Source of the DNA: Ignicoccus hospitalis KIN4/I
GTDB taxonomy: Archaea; Thermoproteota; Thermoprotei_A; Sulfolobales; Ignicoccaceae
Reading direction: 5' to 3'
DNA length: 32,000 bases
NCBI RefSeq assembly: GCF_000017945.1
Contig: NC_009776.1
Coordinates: 240,001-272,000 of the forward strand
Shown: positions 26,031 through 32,000 of the stretch, piece after piece
How the letters are laid out: each line of letters starts with the position of its first letter
How positions within the stretch are numbered: position 1 is the first letter of the stretch
The notes under the pieces: model-generated
The model's input: the letters and a program-made list of their open reading frames with translations, nothing else
What the model was told of the DNA's origin: nothing
Database searches by the model: none
Position numbers and translations under genes: made by a program

Positions 26031-26562
26031 CGAACTTCTTCACCAGCTTCTCGGCGTCCCCCTTAGGGACCCCCACCACGTTGACCACTTCCCCGGTCCT
26101 AAGCTTCACGGTGACGTTCGAGTAGCCCAAGAGCTTGCCCACGGGGGAGCTCTCCACCGAGACCTCCGCTATTGTGCTCTTCGGCACGTTCCTAGTCTTG
26201 CTGTACACGGGCAACTCTACCCTTATTATTAAGCCGTCGTCGTTGAAGTAGTACTCTACGGAGTTGGTGTAAATTATGATGAACCCTACTTCTATCAGGG
26301 AGATTATTGATGATATAACCAACAAGAGGGGGTTTGTTAGGTAAACCGCCGCGGCGGTAAAGGCCAAGGGGACCAGAACTAAAACGGCCTTCTTCTTGAG
26401 AATTAATACGGATAGGACGGCGATCGCCGCCAAAGACGCCCAGAGGTAAACGTCCTCCACGAAAGGCGAGGCTACGTTGAGCGCGAGGGCCAGCGCTAGG
26501 AAGAACAGCTCCCCCGCTCTGGCCCTCAAGGTGGGTTTGAAGGAGATTCCCTCAGCGCTCAA
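26020..26562 (-). CDS. Membrane protein with PH-like (bPH2) domain
   Basis: Hydrophobic helices followed by SVEYYFNDDGLIIRVELPVYSKTRNVPKSTIAEVSVESSPVGKLLGYSNVTVKLRTGEVVNVVGVP. Confidence 0.6.
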   Translation of the reverse strand: MSAEGISFKPTLRARAGELFFLALALALNVASPFVEDVYLWASLAAIAVLSVLILKKKAVLVLVPLAFTAAAVYLTNPLLLVISSIISLIEVGFIIIYTNSVEYYFNDDGLIIRVELPVYSKTRNVPKSTIAEVSVESSPVGKLLGYSNVTVKLRTGEVVNVVGVPKGDAEKLVKKFVSG

Positions 26563-26590
26563 GACCTACTTCACCTCCTCAGATACTGCC

Positions 26591-28249
26591 CTAGTCCTCA
26601 TCGGGCTTGGCGAACTTGGGCCTCTTGGAGTACAGTATCGGGAGCGTCTGGGGGAGCTGGGGGTAGCCCCCAACTTCCTCGGAGACCACCCTTATTACTT
26701 CCTCTAAGCTCACGTCCTCCCGATCGTTGGTCTTCCTCCTCATCAGTATGACCCTCCCGAGCTTCTCTTCCCTCTTGTCTATTAAGAGTAGGAACGGCAC
26801 CCACTCCTCTCCCGCGTCCTTCAGCTTTCTGGAGAGGGGCACGTTCCTGTCGTCTACATCCACCCTTATCCCCCTCTCCCTCAGCTCCTCCGCAACGGTG
26901 AGCGCGTAGGGCAGTACGTCCCTGCTCTTAGGTATGACCCTAACTTGTATGGGGGAGAGCCAGGCCGGAAGCTCCGGCGTCTCGCCGGACTTCAAGTCCT
27001 TGGCGGCCTTGTCGAATATCACGTAAGCGAAGCGCTCGAAGGAGCCTAGGGGGGCGGCAGAGACGGAGTAGACCTCCCTGCCCCACATGAGCGCCTTCCT
27101 CATCTTCCACGTCCCCAGCTCCACGGGGTACCCCATGGAGTTTATCACGTACATTTCGGCGTCGATGAAGATCTCATTGGATTTGACCACCCTTAGGTAC
27201 GCGCAGCGGTTGTCCCTCTTAACCAGCTTTATGATCAAGTCCTTGGCCTCTTCGAAGAGCTCCTCAGAAACTGTGTAGGAGACTACGTACTTCATCCCGA
27301 GCTTCTCCGCCTCCGTGTGGATGAGCTCGTGCAGGGTGAGCGCAACGTCGGAGGCCTCGGAGAAGGAGGGAACGAATATTCTTACCTTAGGGACGTGGAA
27401 CTCTTTCGTTCTGTAGCACGGGAAGGTGTCTTCCTCTTCCCTAAACAACAAGAGCTGCTCAAAGAGGGCGAAGGGTAAGTCGTTGGGGTCCGCGTACTTC
27501 TCCACAACTTGTTTGTGTTCTTTGAACTCGTCGCACCTCAAGAAGCCGTCTGAACAAGAGATGTCACAGCCGTACCTAACCACCTCCGGCGTCTTGACGG
27601 AGATCGTGGGCACCTCCAAAGCTTGGAGCACGGAGGTAACGTGGACTGTGAAGGCCAAGTACATGAAGTAGGCGTGGGGCAGGAGGGTCCAAAAGCCTCT
27701 TGGGGTCACCTCGGCCTCCGCGAAGCCGAACTTGCGACAGAACCTCTCCACGTTGGGGTCGTGCTCTACCTTTTGGCCCCCCTTCATGAACTTTATCAAG
27801 CTGACCAACGAGGCGTCCTCGCACTCCTCAATCCCCTTGAACTCCCCTTCTGGGTTCACCACGTACTCCGCGACCGTCTGAAGCCTCTTCCGGGGGCCGT
27901 AGGAGCGGAACTCGTGAAGGGCCGGGACGCCCAAGGTCTCTAGTACGAACCCCTTAGCGCCGGCCTCCACCTCCTTTACCGGCACTCCCTTCCTCTGCAA
28001 GAGATCTACCAACTCCCGTATCTTCTTCATAGCTTCGTGGTAGTTCTCCGGCATTGGAGATAGCTTGGAGTGGGGGTAAATTACCAAAACTTTGGCGTCA
28101 GAGTACTTCATGAAGTTTATCAAGTCCTCCGCGACTTCGTCTAATACGGTCTCGTCCCCGGGCTCCACGGCGACGAAGGCGACCAAAGCGTCGTCCAGCC
28201 TCTCGTTCCCGGCCGCGAAGCTCTTGCTGCGCACTATCAACACTTTCAT
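26591..28249 (-). CDS. Threonyl-tRNA synthetase-like protein with N-terminal archaeal editing domain; probably ThrRS-ed
   Basis: N-terminus MKVLIVRSKSF...VLVIYPHSKLS; class II-like core GSFERFAYVIFD; anticodon-binding domain PAWLSPIQVRVIPKSRDVLPYALTVAEELRERGIRVDVDDRNVPLSRKLKDAGEEWVPFLLLI. No clear intact motif 2. Confidence 0.82.
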   Translation of the reverse strand: MKVLIVRSKSFAAGNERLDDALVAFVAVEPGDETVLDEVAEDLINFMKYSDAKVLVIYPHSKLSPMPENYHEAMKKIRELVDLLQRKGVPVKEVEAGAKGFVLETLGVPALHEFRSYGPRKRLQTVAEYVVNPEGEFKGIEECEDASLVSLIKFMKGGQKVEHDPNVERFCRKFGFAEAEVTPRGFWTLLPHAYFMYLAFTVHVTSVLQALEVPTISVKTPEVVRYGCDISCSDGFLRCDEFKEHKQVVEKYADPNDLPFALFEQLLLFREEEDTFPCYRTKEFHVPKVRIFVPSFSEASDVALTLHELIHTEAEKLGMKYVVSYTVSEELFEEAKDLIIKLVKRDNRCAYLRVVKSNEIFIDAEMYVINSMGYPVELGTWKMRKALMWGREVYSVSAAPLGSFERFAYVIFDKAAKDLKSGETPELPAWLSPIQVRVIPKSRDVLPYALTVAEELRERGIRVDVDDRNVPLSRKLKDAGEEWVPFLLLIDKREEKLGRVILMRRKTNDREDVSLEEVIRVVSEEVGGYPQLPQTLPILYSKRPKFAKPDED

Positions 28250-28285
28250 TACTTAGTCTCCGTTATAGCCTAAGCGTAGGACGAA

Positions 28286-31210
28286 TTATAGTTTTGGAGA
28301 AACCGCGCGGGGGACCTTGTAGGCTACAGCCCCTATGAGGGAACCTATCGTCATCACCAAGGAGCCTAGCCATACGAACGGCACGCCGGGTATCATCTTC
28401 GCTTGTACGTACAGCCCGTTCTCCGGTATGTGGCTGCGGTAGTTCTTGGCGAGGAGGTAGAGCTCTATGGCGGCCTGCTCCAAGAAGCCCGGCAAGTGGG
28501 TCTGGGGCACTTGCTTGATCACGTTTATGTTGTAGCCGGCGGCGAAGAGCGCCGCCAAGGCCAACCTCTCCGATACGTTGTACCTCTCGAACACCTTGTT
28601 CAAGTACATTAGCAACATGTCGTGGTAAGATATCATGTTACTGGTCTTGCTGAACACCACTGGCGGGTTGAGGGCCACGTACAAGTCGGTTAGGCCGTAG
28701 CTCGGGTGAACCACCTTGGGCACCAGCCCGTGGATGCCTTGTATCTCGCCGTATGCCTCGTACCTTATGGAGGTGTGGAAGGCGTGTCTCTGGCCTCCCT
28801 TCTCGGAGTAGAAGTCTAGGTCCAGCCTTATGGTCTCCGGCACGTACTGGGGCGCGTTCACGTAGCCCTCACAGTGGGGGTTGAGACACTTATGGCCCTT
28901 CGGGGGCGTTATGAGCTTCTCGACGTTCTTGGGGTTCGACAAGAACTCGAAGAGCTCCTTGTCCTCTAGTATGGTGGAGACCACCGGGTCGTTGAGCGCT
29001 TGCAAGTAGGTCACGAAGCCGGAGGTCACCGTAGCCCCGTTGGGGTACTCCTTCCCGCCGGCGGTAACGTTGCCGTCCACCACCTCCAGCGCTTGGGTGA
29101 AGCTCTTGAGACCGTGGACCTCTAACAAGTTGCCCATAGGGTAGACGGTGAACCCCTTGGCAGTTACGTTAAAGTCGCCTATCTTGAACTTCACCGGCCT
29201 TTCCAGCCTCGCGTACACCACTTCGTGGAAGGTCAAGTTGCCCTTGTAGTCTATGCCCAGCCCCCTAGTCAACAAGGCGAAGTAGTACCTCACGTTCCCG
29301 TTGGGGTCGAACATGAAGTAGACCACCCCTTCGTTGTTGCCGAAGAAGAGCTTGCCCCTCTCTTTAACCACCCTATACTTCCCCGTGGTTACGTCCGATA
29401 TGTTGAGGTAGGTGTAGTTAGCGGAGAACGGCTCCACGGGCCCGAGGCTGTAGACCAGCATCCCTTGGTTGGCAAAAGTGGGCCTCTTTTCCTTCAGTAT
29501 TGTAAGCAGTTCCTTGAGCAGTGGCTCGGAGTTGATAGTCTGGTTAGCTTGCTTCAAGAACTGCATTAACATCGAGAGGTCTTGGGATATGGTCTTCAGC
29601 GCCAGCCAAGCGTAGAAGTACGTAGAGCTCCTCTCTAAGTACTTGCTCTTTATGTCCACCATCGAGTCGCTCAGCTCGTACTTGTAGTTGCTGAAGTAGA
29701 GCTTGCTCCCGCCGGGGAGGGAGTGGGTTTCGTCGGGCCTCAAGTTGAAGTCGAAGAAGTACGAGTTGTTGTACGCGTACGTGCCGGACATGAAGACCCC
29801 TATGGCGGTCAGCGCCACGCCGGCGTGCAACAGCGCTATCCCCCAGTCCCTCACCAGCTTATACCTCTTGATTATGTAATATATCGCAGTCACGAGGCTG
29901 AAGGCCGCCAGAGGTATTCCAAACGCCATCATCACGTTGGTTAGCTTGGGGGAGAAGTAGGCCAAGTTGAGCTCGCCTAAGTAGGCGGCCACGGCCATGG
30001 AGGTCGAGAGCAACAGCGCCGCCGCCTCCGCGGACAGTATTACCCTCCACCCCGCCTCGTTGAGGAAGACCAGCGGCATGGCTACTAGCATCACTACGAG
30101 CAGCGGGTACAGCACCGGGTGGAAGTAGTTTATCCCGGAGGACTGCTGGGGTATGCTGGCCTCCCTGCCCATTATCACTAGCAACGAAGGCACGAAGAGA
30201 GTAGCGTAAACGAATAAGGCAGCTACCAACAGTGAGGAGAACGCCAGCGCGGTGCCGACGTAATAAGGCTCCTTCTGCTCTACGACCCTTTTGACTATTC
30301 CTACGAACTCCTTGTAGTTGTCACTTATCTCCTTAACCCACCAAAGGAAGGTGGCTACGGCGGTGAAGAAGAGTACCGCGGACCCCAAGTTGGCTCCGGC
30401 GAAGCTGTGCAGGGGGCTGAGGCCGGTCCTAGTGACGAACATCGCTTGGTATACCGAGGAGGTGACCAGCGGCGAGTAGGCCAGCGCCGCCCGGAACGCC
30501 AGGGGGAACAAGTGGGGGAGCACGGTGGCCGTCAGCCAGACGGAGAGCTCGCTGGTCTCCACCGGGTCCCAAGCCCAGTAGCCTCCCCACCCGAAGGTCT
30601 CGTAGCTCCAATAGGCCCCTAGAGCTATGCCTATGGTCAGCAGCGCCCAGCCGACGTTGTAGGTCACCCTAGCCCTAGAGTGGCCCAAGGCAAGTGCGAC
30701 CGCGGAGATGGCCAACAGCGCGTAGCCGGCGAAGGTGGTCAGCGGGTGGGGGTAGAGCCACGGGCTCTTGAGCAAGGGGTTGAGGCCCGCGCCCGTAACG
30801 GGGTTCCCGGGGATCAAGGCGAACGCGTCGTTCATGTATGCTGCGAACAAGCCCACTAAGACCAGAGGTATCGCTATGAGTAAGAAGGCCCTCCCGGCCC
30901 TCCTGCTCCACCACAAGGCTATGGTCGCTATGAAGGTGTATAGGAACAAGCTGCCCCCGCCGCCGGACCAAGAGGTGGCGACCCTCATCCAGAGGGGCAG
31001 CCCCTCGCTGGAGTTCCAGTAGACCTCGTGTAAGCTGAAGTCCAAGGTGACGAAGGGTATTACGTAAAGCACCCACGCTACGGTCATTACTAAAGTTCCT
31101 AAATTGACGAACTTAATTGCCTTCTCCTCTTGCTTCTTGAGCGCGTAGTACCAAGCGACCGCGAGCAGCGCAGCCGAAACTAAGGGAGGGTATCCGGTCC
31201 AGTGTAACAA
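28286..31210 (-). CDS. CcmF/CcsA-like cytochrome c biogenesis (heme-handling) membrane protein, 974 aa
   Basis: Multi-spanning; WWD-type motif WGGYWAWDPVETSELSVWLTATVLPHLF; GFLPLHSF-like TGLSPLHSFAGANLG; large extracytoplasmic region. Confidence 0.82.
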   Translation of the reverse strand: MLHWTGYPPLVSAALLAVAWYYALKKQEEKAIKFVNLGTLVMTVAWVLYVIPFVTLDFSLHEVYWNSSEGLPLWMRVATSWSGGGGSLFLYTFIATIALWWSRRAGRAFLLIAIPLVLVGLFAAYMNDAFALIPGNPVTGAGLNPLLKSPWLYPHPLTTFAGYALLAISAVALALGHSRARVTYNVGWALLTIGIALGAYWSYETFGWGGYWAWDPVETSELSVWLTATVLPHLFPLAFRAALAYSPLVTSSVYQAMFVTRTGLSPLHSFAGANLGSAVLFFTAVATFLWWVKEISDNYKEFVGIVKRVVEQKEPYYVGTALAFSSLLVAALFVYATLFVPSLLVIMGREASIPQQSSGINYFHPVLYPLLVVMLVAMPLVFLNEAGWRVILSAEAAALLLSTSMAVAAYLGELNLAYFSPKLTNVMMAFGIPLAAFSLVTAIYYIIKRYKLVRDWGIALLHAGVALTAIGVFMSGTYAYNNSYFFDFNLRPDETHSLPGGSKLYFSNYKYELSDSMVDIKSKYLERSSTYFYAWLALKTISQDLSMLMQFLKQANQTINSEPLLKELLTILKEKRPTFANQGMLVYSLGPVEPFSANYTYLNISDVTTGKYRVVKERGKLFFGNNEGVVYFMFDPNGNVRYYFALLTRGLGIDYKGNLTFHEVVYARLERPVKFKIGDFNVTAKGFTVYPMGNLLEVHGLKSFTQALEVVDGNVTAGGKEYPNGATVTSGFVTYLQALNDPVVSTILEDKELFEFLSNPKNVEKLITPPKGHKCLNPHCEGYVNAPQYVPETIRLDLDFYSEKGGQRHAFHTSIRYEAYGEIQGIHGLVPKVVHPSYGLTDLYVALNPPVVFSKTSNMISYHDMLLMYLNKVFERYNVSERLALAALFAAGYNINVIKQVPQTHLPGFLEQAAIELYLLAKNYRSHIPENGLYVQAKMIPGVPFVWLGSLVMTIGSLIGAVAYKVPRAVSPKL

Positions 31211-31216
31211 ACCTTA

Positions 31217-31241
31217 GAACCCCTGCGGGACTCGAACCGAC
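31217..31241 (-). other. tRNA T-arm/acceptor 3'-end-like fragment
   Basis: Minus strand GTCGGTTCGAGTCCCGCAGGGGTTC in the gap between two genes; 4 of 5 T-stem pairs form (one a G-U wobble, one C-C mismatch). Confidence 0.3.
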
Positions 31242-31267
31242 GGTAATAATTGTCGCATTTCGAGCTA

Positions 31268-32000
31268 CTAGCCCCCGGCTAGGAGCTTCGCCAGCCGCGC
31301 GTAACGCCCCACGAACTCCACGACCTCACTTATCTTTATCTTCTCATTGGGCGTGTGGGACTCTCTGTGGTCGCCGGGCCCCCAAGTGACGACGTCGTAT
31401 CCCCTATAGTACCTCATGTCGGAGGCCGCCTTGTGGACCTTCAGCGGCTCGCCCCACACCTCGTTTATCAGTTTGGCCAGCTCGCTGTTCTCGTTCAATA
31501 TTCCAGGCTCTAGGAGCTTTACCTCTACCTTCGCCCTATCCCCTATTACTTCCTTTACGAACTCCACGACCTCGCGCTCGTCCTCCTCCGGGATCACCCT
31601 CACGTCCACGCTGAAAACGAAAGAACCGGGCACCACGTTCTCCTTGTTTGATGTGGAGTACGCCACTCCACCTATGTTGAATGCGTTAAACTTCGTCAGC
31701 GGATGTTCCGGCGAGTATTCGTACTTGCTGTACCTCTTGGAAAACTTGTCCGTGAGGGCCCTATTGAGCTCCAATACCAAAGCAGAAGCCTTCACAAAGG
31801 CATTTTCCCCCATCCAGGGTGTGGAAGCGTGCACTTGCTTCCCCGGCACTTCCACTCTCAGCCAAACCACCCCCTTGTGGCCTATCCACACGTTGTGGTC
31901 CGTGGGCTCGGCCACTACGACCCTCCTCGGGATCTCGTACTTCTCCTTCAGTTTGCTCACCCTGTACCCGGTCCCGCACCTCCCCCCAACTTCCTCGTCC
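31268..32000 (-). CDS. M20-family peptidase (DapE/ArgE-like), N-terminus off the window
   Basis: DEEVGGRCGTGYRVSKLKEKYEIPRRVVVAEPTDHNVWIGHKGVVWLRVEVPGKQVHASTPWMGENA...SVDVRVIPEEDEREVVEFV; frame stays open to the window edge. Confidence 0.85.
   Translation of the reverse strand, partial: DEEVGGRCGTGYRVSKLKEKYEIPRRVVVAEPTDHNVWIGHKGVVWLRVEVPGKQVHASTPWMGENAFVKASALVLELNRALTDKFSKRYSKYEYSPEHPLTKFNAFNIGGVAYSTSNKENVVPGSFVFSVDVRVIPEEDEREVVEFVKEVIGDRAKVEVKLLEPGILNENSELAKLINEVWGEPLKVHKAASDMRYYRGYDVVTWGPGDHRESHTPNEKIKISEVVEFVGRYARLAKLLAGG

Overview
The window looks like an ordinary, gene-dense stretch of a hyperthermophilic crenarchaeal chromosome. It is GC-rich, uses many GTG/TTG starts, and has eukaryote-like ribosomal proteins S19e, L39e, L31e and S26e. 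An Ignicoccus-like Desulfurococcales host is a guess from gene content only. About 36 protein genes are supported, including mre11 (partial), aroD, hflX, rps19e-pdcd5-rpl39e-rpl31e-eif6, an NDP-sugar pyrophosphorylase, rps26e, trmY, hyuB, two KaiC/RadA-like ATPases, a METTL5-like methylase, map, an AOR-family oxidoreductase, a Trm112-like zinc ribbon, two MFS permeases, a SplB-like radical SAM protein, family-4 UDG, leuD, a LOG-like protein, pheA, tiaS, purM, an editing-type ThrRS, a CcmF-like protein and a partial M20 peptidase. There is one CRISPR array of 10 repeats and 9 spacers (20379-21007), with no cas genes in the window. It reads on the minus strand from an AT-rich leader on its right. 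Points worth a second look: (1) a degenerate JAMM/MPN-like ORF that overlaps a METTL5-like gene by about 160 nt in another frame, with a Trm112-like gene about 3 kb away; (2) a GC-rich structured segment between a TATA-like element and the likely start of the KaiC-like gene divergent from the CRISPR leader; (3) a ThrRS whose catalytic domain appears decayed; (4) a CcmF-like protein with a very large extra domain; (5) an orphan tRNA T-arm/acceptor-like fragment between two genes. I found no convincing previously undescribed defence system. All calls come from reading the sequence, without database searches.
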